From: Actinomycetota bacterium
Lineage (GTDB): Bacteria > Actinomycetota > Acidimicrobiia > Acidimicrobiales > Ilumatobacteraceae
DNA length: 36,787 nucleotides
Direction of reading: 5' to 3'
Assembly (NCBI GenBank): GCA_026393655.1
Contig: JAPKZT010000280.1
Location: forward strand, 1 to 36,787
The position numbers were made by a program, and so were the translations under genes. Below, piece by piece: positions 17,751-25,390 of this stretch. Position 1 is the first letter of the stretch. Every line of letters starts with the position of its first letter. The notes below the pieces were generated by a model. That model was given only the letters and a program-made list of their open reading frames with translations, was not told the DNA's origin and ran no database searches.

Positions 17751-18974
17751 TCAAACTTGGGGATTTTTGCGCAATACTCGATCTGAGTACAGGCGAACAA
17801 TTCGGCTTTTTGGATGATGGTCAGGCGATAACTGCTCGCGCTCAAGGACTGTGTAATACATTTCAATATAGATTTTTGCGAGTCGGCTCATCGAAAGTTC
17901 ACTCGCCCTAATGAGACCACCGTCACTTAATTTTTGTGCAAGTTTTTTATCAGCCAACACTCGAGTTAAACCTTCGGCTAGTTCAGAGATATCTCCAGGT
18001 TCGACCAACCAAGCATTCACATCATGAGTACCAACATTGCGATAGCCCTCAAGCGAACTTGCAACAACTGGTGTGCCACTCGCCATTGACTCAAGTACGA
18101 CTATTCCGAAGGATTCACTATGCAATGAGGGTGCGCAGAATACTGAACACTGCGCAAGCCGATCTATTTTGTCTTCGTCAGTGATTCTTCCGAGCCACGA
18201 AATACGACCGTCGTGTGCATATTTCTGTTTCAACAACGAAATGCCATCTCCGTCGGATGCGATCCACAATTTTACGTCGTCCGAAAGTTTGGTAAACGCC
18301 TCAAGTAACTCGGCGAGTCCTTTTCTTGGCTCGTACCTGCCACAAAAGAAAACTATCTTTTCCACGCTACGCGAAATATTTGGCCGCGCGTACAATTCAC
18401 TTTCGATGCCGTTAAATAAAATTTCGTATTCGCCACCTAGATAACGATTTGCAAGTTCTTGTGCTTGTGGCGAAACTGCCACTCGCACATCAAGATGATT
18501 AGCGAGCCAGTTGACTCCCTTGTTGATGCGCCCGTACCAAGCGATGTCTCCGGCGGCGTGAAATGTGCCGATCATTGGCGCGAGGCGCAACAGTAATGCG
18601 GTCATCGTCGGCCCGGGTGCAATCGGCTCGTGTAAATGCAAAACATCAAATGCCTCATCGTTGATTGCACGAATCGTTCGCAGTGCCGCCGAAGGGTCTG
18701 GCGCAAGCGGCGCGGTCGAACCATTTGCGGCTGTTGGCAGACTATTTCCGAGTGGTGTCACAAATGGCTCAGGCGGCGGGCCATCGCAAGGGCCAAGCAC
18801 TCGTGCCTCGTGGCCCATTCGACGCAACTCGCGAGCCAAACCTAGAACTTGAGATTGAACCCCACCAGGAATCGTCAGACTATATGGACACACCAACCCG
18901 ATCCGAAGCATCTTCTTGCGCTCGAAGTTCTTAATCGAATTAACCGGATTAACCGGATTACTTGCCGAATTCAT
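17751..18974 (-). CDS. pimA: GT4 glycosyltransferase, phosphatidylinositol alpha-mannosyltransferase (PimA-like)
   Basis: 407 aa. From residue 22, MLRIGLVCPYSLTIPGGVQSQVLGLARELRRMGHE matches the PimA N-terminus. There is a GT-B C-terminal E-x7-E region. Synteny with pgsA and the PIM acyltransferase supports the call. The start is ambiguous between 18974 and the internal ATG at 18911. Confidence 0.78.
   Translation of the reverse strand: MNSASNPVNPVNSIKNFERKKMLRIGLVCPYSLTIPGGVQSQVLGLARELRRMGHEARVLGPCDGPPPEPFVTPLGNSLPTAANGSTAPLAPDPSAALRTIRAINDEAFDVLHLHEPIAPGPTMTALLLRLAPMIGTFHAAGDIAWYGRINKGVNWLANHLDVRVAVSPQAQELANRYLGGEYEILFNGIESELYARPNISRSVEKIVFFCGRYEPRKGLAELLEAFTKLSDDVKLWIASDGDGISLLKQKYAHDGRISWLGRITDEDKIDRLAQCSVFCAPSLHSESFGIVVLESMASGTPVVASSLEGYRNVGTHDVNAWLVEPGDISELAEGLTRVLADKKLAQKLSDGGLIRASELSMSRLAKIYIEMYYTVLEREQLSPDHHPKSRIVRLYSDRVLRKNPQV
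18934..18960. repeat. 9-nt tandem repeat (2 perfect units plus 1 imperfect)
   Basis: ATCGAATTA (18934-18942), ACCGGATTA (18943-18951) and ACCGGATTA (18952-18960). On the minus strand this encodes NPVNPVN if pimA starts at 18974. Confidence 0.85.
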
Positions 18975-18981
18975 TGACTAC

Positions 18982-18987
18982 ACGGTA
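18982..18987 (-). promoter_or_regulatory. -10-like box TACCGT, 7 nt upstream of the long pimA ATG (leaderless candidate)
   Basis: The minus strand reads TACCGT-GTAGTCA-ATG. The same hexamer and spacing occur at fabI. Confidence 0.33.
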
Positions 18988-19040
18988 CGACCGATGGTCG
19001 AAATTAAAACATCGCTAATTGATCGACATTGCTCAGCAAC

Positions 19041-19046
19041 TAACTT
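19041..19046 (+). promoter_or_regulatory. -10-like box TAACTT, 6 nt upstream of the LLM oxidoreductase ATG (leaderless candidate)
   Basis: The plus strand reads TAACTT-TGCACT-ATG. There is no Shine-Dalgarno. Confidence 0.35.
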
Positions 19047-19052
19047 TGCACT

Positions 19053-19979
19053 ATGACTAATCAAGAGAGTTTCAGACCAGCTGTATCGCTAGTTGCAACA
19101 GCCAACAAGCGAACGGCAGTGCTGGACCTCGCCCGACAAGCCGAGGCGCTCGGGTTCTCTGGCATCGCATGTCCGAGTCTGGGCGCCGCAATGGCTTTTT
19201 GTGTTTCGTTAGCTCACGCGACTCACTCAATAAAGTTTTGGACTTCGATTCAACCGATTTATTACAGCCATGCAATCGAAATGGCGAACACCGCTGCACA
19301 TATATACGAAGTTTCAAATCATCGTTTTAGCTTGGGCCTTGGCGTTAGTCATGGACCAGTCATCAACCGACTTGGAGCAACAACTGCTACACCACTTGCT
19401 GATATAAAAAATTACGTCGCAACGATGTGTTCTCAAGAACGGTTTTCGGGCGAACTTCCACCGATTTATTTGGCAGCACTTCGCAACAAAATGTTAGACC
19501 TTGCGACCGAAATTTCTCAAGGTGCGATTTGGGCGAACGCTTCGTTAAGCAATATCTCTGATCAACTCACAATCATCGAATCGTCTCGCAGGTCAGAAAT
19601 GTTCTTGGCGAATATGGTGCCAACCGTGATTAGCGACGATATTGCAGCCGCCCAAGCAATACATCGCAAAACTTTGGTTGGCTATGTTTCACTTCCAAAT
19701 TATCGAAACTATTGGCGATCGTGCGGTTATGGCGAGCAGATTGATGCATTCGAAAAAATACTTGAGTCGCCTAACAAAGAAACCCGTTCGGCCGAAATTA
19801 TTGCCGCAATGGATACCGCGTGGCTAAACGACTGCACAATTTCTGGTGATATCGATACGGTTCGTGAAGCACTTTGGGCTTGGTCACAAGCCGGTGTTCT
19901 GCCAATTGCCGTGATGTCTTCGACTTCGGGCGGTCAGGCTAAAGCAGTCGCCGAATTGTTTGCTGCGTATTCAAGTTAA
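19053..19979 (+). CDS. luciferase-like monooxygenase (LLM) class oxidoreductase, possibly F420-dependent
   Basis: 308 aa. TIM-barrel LLM-type sequence (GFSGIACPS..., FSLGLGVSHGPV). It is one of only four + strand genes in the window. Cofactor use cannot be told from sequence alone. Confidence 0.7.
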   Translation: MTNQESFRPAVSLVATANKRTAVLDLARQAEALGFSGIACPSLGAAMAFCVSLAHATHSIKFWTSIQPIYYSHAIEMANTAAHIYEVSNHRFSLGLGVSHGPVINRLGATTATPLADIKNYVATMCSQERFSGELPPIYLAALRNKMLDLATEISQGAIWANASLSNISDQLTIIESSRRSEMFLANMVPTVISDDIAAAQAIHRKTLVGYVSLPNYRNYWRSCGYGEQIDAFEKILESPNKETRSAEIIAAMDTAWLNDCTISGDIDTVREALWAWSQAGVLPIAVMSSTSGGQAKAVAELFAAYSS

Positions 19980-19983
19980 TTTT

Positions 19984-20901
19984 CTAAACTGAATTAGAAA
20001 TTAGATCACTCGGCCAATTCGGTTGAAATAAATGCCACTGTGCGGGGTCATGACGAATCAGAAGTTCAAGTTCAATTGCCAGATCTTGTGAAATTCTTTG
20101 CATATCTTCTCGTAGCGTCGCAAGTCGCTCAACTTTAATTGCCGGTCTCACAATTGTTTTGTGGCCATCTAGGCGTTTCAAAAAATACGTAGCAAGCGGC
20201 ACGAGAGAGGCACCCGTTCGCAACGCAAAAAAAGCAGGACCACTCGGGATCTTGGTTCTCTCGCCAAAAAACTCGACGTCAACGCCAGTGCCTTGAATAT
20301 CGCGGTCACTTAAAAGTGCGACTATTTCATTTCTCGCAAGTGCCTGTTGTACGGCAACACCGGCATTGTCATCTAGCGGGATCACCTGAACGCCATAGTT
20401 TTTGCGAAGTTGTAAAAACATTTCAAACAACTGTTGCGATTCAAGTTTTTCGACGACGGCATTGAGTTTGTGTCCGCGTTGTATTAGCCACCGACCTGAC
20501 CACTCCCATCCACCTAAGTGAGGCAACGCAAGAATGACTCCCTTGCCTAGCTTGAGGCCAGTTTCAATATGTTCAAAACCTTCTATAGAGACACCAGACT
20601 CAATTTGCTTTGAATTTAAAAACGGTAGACGAAAAGTCTCGACGTAGTAGCGGGCATAACTCTCATAAGATTTTTGCACTGCACGACGAATTTGATGGTC
20701 GCCGAAATCAGGTTGAACGCGCCGCATATGCCTTGAAACAATTGCACGTTTTTTACGCATTGGAATTGTCACTACCGGAACCAACATTGCGGTCAACGTA
20801 GCTATAACAAACGTTGGAGTAATTCTCGCCAGCAGCCCAACACAGCGGCAACCAAAAACAACTAACGAATCAGAACGATTTTTTTGAGTCGCCGATGTCA
20901 C
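19984..20901 (-). CDS. phosphatidylinositol mannoside acyltransferase (LpxL/HtrB-type lipid acyltransferase family)
   Basis: 305 aa with a GTG start overlapping the pgsA stop (GTGA). HtrB-family active-site context LPHLGGWEW. Its position matches mycobacterial PatA, between pgsA1 and pimA. Confidence 0.8.
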   Translation of the reverse strand: MTSATQKNRSDSLVVFGCRCVGLLARITPTFVIATLTAMLVPVVTIPMRKKRAIVSRHMRRVQPDFGDHQIRRAVQKSYESYARYYVETFRLPFLNSKQIESGVSIEGFEHIETGLKLGKGVILALPHLGGWEWSGRWLIQRGHKLNAVVEKLESQQLFEMFLQLRKNYGVQVIPLDDNAGVAVQQALARNEIVALLSDRDIQGTGVDVEFFGERTKIPSGPAFFALRTGASLVPLATYFLKRLDGHKTIVRPAIKVERLATLREDMQRISQDLAIELELLIRHDPAQWHLFQPNWPSDLISNSV

Positions 20902-21587
20902 TTCATGTTGCGACGACGCGACAAGCGCATTCGTCGATCAGCACGCTGAGCACTACGAGAAGCACGACGAGACTGCCGCAATGCAACCCGTTCAGCCGTT
21001 GCCGGCGCGATTGCCGCCTGATTCCAGACTTTAAAAAAGCGTTGCACTGCTGTGATCGTGCAAAGAATCAACATCAACCACATCACCCAAAACAGCAATG
21101 CGTCAAAAAGCAAACCGACACACAGCAAGATAATTCGTTCGGCGCGCTCCATTAACCCACCCTTGGCTGTCAACCCGAGTGCCTCAGCTTTGGCTCGCTG
21201 ATATGAAATCAAAGAAGAAACCGCCATAACTGCGAATGGCAACACTGCAGCGTGAGCGCCGCGTTGAGAACCTAAAAACCAAGCAACGCCACCCAGTAGA
21301 ACTGCATCTGTTACGCGATCGATAGTCGAATCAAAAAAAGCACCGCGCTGGCTACTTTGGTTTGATGCTTTGGCTAATGCGCCATCAAACAAATCAGGCA
21401 ACGCAGCAAATATTACAAGCAACAATCCAACCTGCAATTGACCAATCGCAATCGTTACAGCTGCGACACAAGCGATTACTAGTCCAATTAAAGTTAAATG
21501 GTCCGGCGAAAGCTTCGTTCGACGCAACAATTCGCCCACTGGGCGCACAATGCGTTCGACTTCTTTCTTAAATCTGCCGTCAAACAT
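20898..21587 (-). CDS. pgsA: CDP-alcohol phosphatidyltransferase (phosphatidylinositol phosphate synthase, PgsA1-like)
   Basis: 229 aa polytopic membrane protein. The CDP-alcohol transferase motif D-x2-DG-x2-AR...G-x3-D-x3-D reads DLFDGALAK...RGAFFDSTIDRVTD. Synteny with the PIM genes supports the call. Confidence 0.85.
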   Translation of the reverse strand: MFDGRFKKEVERIVRPVGELLRRTKLSPDHLTLIGLVIACVAAVTIAIGQLQVGLLLVIFAALPDLFDGALAKASNQSSQRGAFFDSTIDRVTDAVLLGGVAWFLGSQRGAHAAVLPFAVMAVSSLISYQRAKAEALGLTAKGGLMERAERIILLCVGLLFDALLFWVMWLMLILCTITAVQRFFKVWNQAAIAPATAERVALRQSRRASRSAQRADRRMRLSRRRNMK

Positions 21588-21590
21588 TGC

Positions 21591-21649
21591 AATAGTCTAG
21601 TGCAATCTTGTTAGCCAATCTCATTAGCCAATCTTGTTAGCTGTCTGGG
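21591..21649. repeat. 13-nt tandem array (4 units) in the spacer upstream of pgsA
   Basis: The units are AATAGTCTAGTGC (21591-21603), AATCTTGTTAGCC (21604-21616), AATCTCATTAGCC (21617-21629) and AATCTTGTTAGCT (21630-21642). GTCTGGG follows. The last unit contains the stop of the 168-aa ORF. Confidence 0.88.
21594..21599 (-). promoter_or_regulatory. -10-like box TAGACT, 6 nt upstream of the pgsA ATG (leaderless candidate)
   Basis: The minus strand reads C-TAGACT-ATTGCA-ATG. The box lies inside the first, degenerate unit of the 13-nt array. Confidence 0.4.
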
Positions 21650-22143
21650 TTCGCTTCTACAAGACACTCAACAATTCGCGCGTCAACTGCGTCAATCAAA
21701 ACGAGACCACGTTGTAGCGGCGGTTCTTGTTCGCTGTAACAAAAAACTCGCCACGTCGGACGACTGCGCAACCCACGCCAAACTTGTTGTGCCGAAGCAT
21801 GCCCAACAGCGAAACCAACGGCACGCGTTGCGTAAATAAGCGCGAGTTTTTCATCAACTGTCATTCGCCATGATGACGACAATGAATACAAACCAAAAAC
21901 GCCCAACAATATTGCGGCCCACATAAAACCATCACTGACTAGACCATTTTTGTTGGTGTGTTGCCCCGCCCAAAGAATCAGACACATTACGGCAATGCCG
22001 AGATAAAGCAAAGCTGGAATTTTGCGTCGACTGTTATCCGGAAACATGTATGGCCCAACAAACGCAGTGACATTTAAATCATCTGGAAGTGAATCGCGAA
22101 TTTCGCTTGCTGAATCTGTCGCCACTAATTTGCCACTTTCCAT
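21637..22143 (-). CDS. hypothetical membrane protein (two TM helices plus an ~80-aa soluble C-terminal domain)
   Basis: 168 aa with no motif I recognise. TM1 is ALLYLGIAVMCLILWAG and TM2 is FMWAAILLGVFGLYSL. It overlaps the HIT stop by 19 nt from the ATG, or by 1 nt if the GTG at 22125 is used (TAGTG). Confidence 0.6.
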   Translation of the reverse strand: MESGKLVATDSASEIRDSLPDDLNVTAFVGPYMFPDNSRRKIPALLYLGIAVMCLILWAGQHTNKNGLVSDGFMWAAILLGVFGLYSLSSSWRMTVDEKLALIYATRAVGFAVGHASAQQVWRGLRSRPTWRVFCYSEQEPPLQRGLVLIDAVDARIVECLVEANPDS

Positions 22144-22631
22144 GCTGCTCGGATTCTAGAGGCGCTGACATCTAATGCTTCTGGCAAAATCTTCGTGTTT
22201 GCAGTCACTACCATAAAATTGGTGTCTCCACTCCAACGACCGACGATGTGCACGTGCAGATGCTGTGCAATGCTTCCACCAGCCGCAGCACCAAGGTTGA
22301 GCCCGACATTAAGCGCCTCAGGTTTGTAAACAGCCTTAATAACTTTTGTCGCATCTGTGACAGTCGCCCAAAGTTCACTTGTCTCATCGACACTTAACAT
22401 TTCGAGATCGGCAACTTCACGATACGGAACCACCAACAAGTGGCCGGATGTATATGGGAACGCGTTCATGATCGCGAAAACGGTTTTACCACGATGCACG
22501 ATGTAACTCTGCTCATCGCTCAGGTCACTATTTAAAATCTGAGTGAAGATTGATGCATTGCTTGTGCTTCGCGTATCTTGCCCGTGCATCACATAATCAG
22601 CGCGCCAACCATTCCAGATGTGATCTAACAT
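22125..22631 (-). CDS. HIT family protein (Ap4A phosphorylase-like)
   Basis: Histidine triad HLHVHIV and the PYTSGHLLVVPYR motif. The track ORF extends to a TTG at 22670, inside thrS. I prefer the ATG at 22631 (MLDHIWNGW...), which lies 4 nt after the thrS stop and has AAGG upstream. Confidence 0.85.
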   Translation of the reverse strand: MLDHIWNGWRADYVMHGQDTRSTSNASIFTQILNSDLSDEQSYIVHRGKTVFAIMNAFPYTSGHLLVVPYREVADLEMLSVDETSELWATVTDATKVIKAVYKPEALNVGLNLGAAAGGSIAQHLHVHIVGRWSGDTNFMVVTANTKILPEALDVSASRIRAAWKVAN

Positions 22632-22635
22632 TTTA

Positions 22636-24618
22636 TTACGCCTTAATCTCTTGACCGACATCATCAGCAAGCTGTTTGATGAAATCGCTCAATGAAACAC
22701 CTCGAATTACGTCACCACCACGCGGATTCACACCGACTGTTGCACCTGCAATATCATCATCGCCCACGACCAACACATACGGAATGCGCTCTAACTTTGA
22801 CGCACGAATGCGTTTGCCAAGTTGCTCATCGGCAACTAGTTGATCTACCCGATATCCGAGTTTGCTCAGAGTTTCTGTGACTTCAAGCGCATACTGCTCG
22901 TGCGCCGACGCCACTGCTAAAACACGAACTTGGATCGGTGCCAACCAAGTCGGAAACGCTCCGCCGTAGTGCTCGAGTAAGACACCGAAGAAGCGTTCAA
23001 TCGAACCAAATAAGGCGCGATGCAACATGATCGGGCGCTTTCTTGCATTATCTGTAGCGATATATTCGAGACCGAATCTTTCTGGCAAATTAAAGTCGCA
23101 CTGAATCGTGCTTAGTTGCCACTTGCGGCCGATTGCATCGCGCACATCGATGTCAATTTTGGGTCCATAAAACGCAGCGTCGCCTGGAGCCACCGTGTAC
23201 GGCAAGCCGTGACGCTCTAGTGCTTCTTTTAACGCCTCAGTGGCCTTGCCCCAAATTTCATCAGAGCCAACTGATTTTTCAAGATTGCGTGTGCTGAGTT
23301 TGAAATCAAAATCATTAAAGCCAAATCTACGCAAGACACTCAACACGAAATCTAGAAGTGATGCGATTTCGTCTGCCATTTGTTCTTCAGTACAAAAAAT
23401 ATGGCTGTCGTCTTGAGTGAAGCCGCGAATGCGAAGTAAACCATGCAAAGTGCCTGCGCGTTCGTAGCGATAAACGGTACCAAGTTCAAACAACCGCAAC
23501 GGTAATTCGCGATAACTGCGTTGGCGATCGCGATAAATCAAACAGTGCATCGGACAATTCATCGGCTTTGGATAGTACGTACCGTTGTCCATTTCCATTG
23601 GTGGGTACATGCCGTCTTTGTAGAACTGCAAGTGGCCAGATGTTTCGAACAAGTGTGCATTTGCTAAATGCGGTGTAAAGACAAATTTGTATCCGCCGTT
23701 TTGATGGCGCTCGCGACTGTAGTCCTCCATCAGTTTGCGAACGATGCCACCCTTCGGATGCCAAACTGCAAGACCGCCGCCGAGTTCTTGCGGAAACGAA
23801 AGCAAATCCATTTCAACTGCCAACCGACGGTGATCACGCTTTTCGGCTTCTTCAAGTCGATGCAAATGTTCAGCCAACGCCACCTTTGACTCCCACGCGG
23901 TGCCGTAGATGCGTTGCAACATTGGTCCTTTTTCGTTGCCACGCCAATACGCGCCGGCAACTTTCATTAATGCAAAATGACCGAGACGGCTCGTTGATGC
24001 CACATGTGGCCCACGACAAAGATCGACAAAATCATCCGTATTTCGATAAACGCTTACGGCATCTGCGCTGCCTGCTTCACCAGCATCGCTTAAGTCTGCG
24101 TCGCCCTGTGTGACGCGCTCAATAATTTCACATTTGTACGGCTGATCAGAAAAAAGTTTCAACGCATCGCGTGCCGACATTTCTGAGCGCACAAAAGGTT
24201 GATCGGCATTGACGATCTCTTGCATTCGTTGTTGAATCTTGGCGAGATCATCGTCACTAAAAGTTTTTGAGTTTGGCAACTCAAAGTCGTAATAAAAGCC
24301 GTCCTCAATTGCTGGGCCGATTGAGAACTTTGCGCCTTTAAAAAGTTGCACAACTGCTTGGGCTAAAACGTGAGCAGTTGAGTGACGCAGAACGTGGCGA
24401 CCCGCATCTGAATCAGCAGTAATTATTGAAACTTTCGCACCATCAACGAGAGAAACTCCTAAATCGGTTTCAATGCCGTTGACAACGGTTGCGACTGCCG
24501 CCTGACCCAGACGCTTGCCGATTGACATTGCAAGATCTAAACCTGTTGAGCCGCTCGGCAACTCGCGAGTCGAATCGTCTGGCAACCGAATCGTAATCGT
24601 AGAGATATTCGTAGTCAT
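22636..24618 (-). CDS. thrS: threonine--tRNA ligase
   Basis: 660 aa. N-terminal TGS domain, an editing domain (HSTAHVLAQA), class II core motifs (FRDRQRSYRELPLR-type, here YRDRQRSYRELPLRLFE) and a C-terminal anticodon-binding domain. Confidence 0.96.
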   Translation of the reverse strand: MTTNISTITIRLPDDSTRELPSGSTGLDLAMSIGKRLGQAAVATVVNGIETDLGVSLVDGAKVSIITADSDAGRHVLRHSTAHVLAQAVVQLFKGAKFSIGPAIEDGFYYDFELPNSKTFSDDDLAKIQQRMQEIVNADQPFVRSEMSARDALKLFSDQPYKCEIIERVTQGDADLSDAGEAGSADAVSVYRNTDDFVDLCRGPHVASTSRLGHFALMKVAGAYWRGNEKGPMLQRIYGTAWESKVALAEHLHRLEEAEKRDHRRLAVEMDLLSFPQELGGGLAVWHPKGGIVRKLMEDYSRERHQNGGYKFVFTPHLANAHLFETSGHLQFYKDGMYPPMEMDNGTYYPKPMNCPMHCLIYRDRQRSYRELPLRLFELGTVYRYERAGTLHGLLRIRGFTQDDSHIFCTEEQMADEIASLLDFVLSVLRRFGFNDFDFKLSTRNLEKSVGSDEIWGKATEALKEALERHGLPYTVAPGDAAFYGPKIDIDVRDAIGRKWQLSTIQCDFNLPERFGLEYIATDNARKRPIMLHRALFGSIERFFGVLLEHYGGAFPTWLAPIQVRVLAVASAHEQYALEVTETLSKLGYRVDQLVADEQLGKRIRASKLERIPYVLVVGDDDIAGATVGVNPRGGDVIRGVSLSDFIKQLADDVGQEIKA

Positions 24619-24627
24619 GACTCGTTC

Positions 24628-24633
24628 AGTCTA
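24628..24633 (-). promoter_or_regulatory. -10-like box TAGACT, 9 nt upstream of the thrS ATG
   Basis: The minus strand reads C-TAGACT-GAACGAGTC-ATG, within the 28-nt plsC-like/thrS spacer. Confidence 0.38.
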
Positions 24634-24646
24634 GATTGTGAAAGTT

Positions 24647-25363
24647 TTAGATATGAGTGCGATTAACGTTCGAGCGCTTTGGCGCATACTCATATAAATA
24701 CTGCTGATTCGTTAGCGCCTGAATCTTTGACATCACTTCATCAGTTAATTCGCGCAATACCTCAGGATCATCGGTGCGTGACATGTACTTCCGCGTGTCT
24801 ATTGGCGGACCGATTTCAATTTTGCATTTCTTGCCAAATTTCGGCATCACCGTATCCGGCGCCATGATCGCGCTCGTGCCAGTTATCCCAACAGGAAAAA
24901 TCGGACAACCAAATTTCAGCGCCAGCCTCGCTGCACCAGTGCGACCTTTATAAAGTTTGCCGTCGCGACTACGTGTGCCTTCTGGAAATATCCCGAATAG
25001 TTCGCCACGCGCTAACACAGCCTCAACTGCGAGCATCGCCGAAATGGCACCCTCTCCTCCGCTCCGATCGAGTGGGATCATGCCGATTTTTGTAAACAGC
25101 CAACGTGTCTTCCAAGAATCCATATATTCACTCTTGCCCACGACAGACATATTGCGCGGTGAATGCGTAAGCAAAAATACTGAATCTAAAAAACTGATGT
25201 GATTCGCGCACAAAATCGCTGGGCCAGTCACGGGGATCTGGTCGAAACCAATTAATGAAAACTTCCAAAATCGATTTACAAAAAAACGAACGAATGGCCT
25301 GAAGCGAGTCTGAAATTTTGTTGCACCAACAAACTTCAGTGGATCAAAATTTGCTTTGCTCAT
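24647..25363 (-). CDS. 1-acyl-sn-glycerol-3-phosphate acyltransferase family protein (PlsC-like)
   Basis: 238 aa. The H-x4-D acyltransferase motif reads NHISFLDS, and block III reads FPEGTRS. Confidence 0.85.
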   Translation of the reverse strand: MSKANFDPLKFVGATKFQTRFRPFVRFFVNRFWKFSLIGFDQIPVTGPAILCANHISFLDSVFLLTHSPRNMSVVGKSEYMDSWKTRWLFTKIGMIPLDRSGGEGAISAMLAVEAVLARGELFGIFPEGTRSRDGKLYKGRTGAARLALKFGCPIFPVGITGTSAIMAPDTVMPKFGKKCKIEIGPPIDTRKYMSRTDDPEVLRELTDEVMSKIQALTNQQYLYEYAPKRSNVNRTHI

Positions 25364-25390
25364 GTTTGCCGATCGGTCATCACATTAAGT

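Noticed and set aside
19980-19983. A search for bidirectional terminators at the two convergent junctions (here and at 31676-31688).
   Set aside because: The gaps are 4 and 13 nt and contain no inverted repeat, so no terminator feature can be supported.
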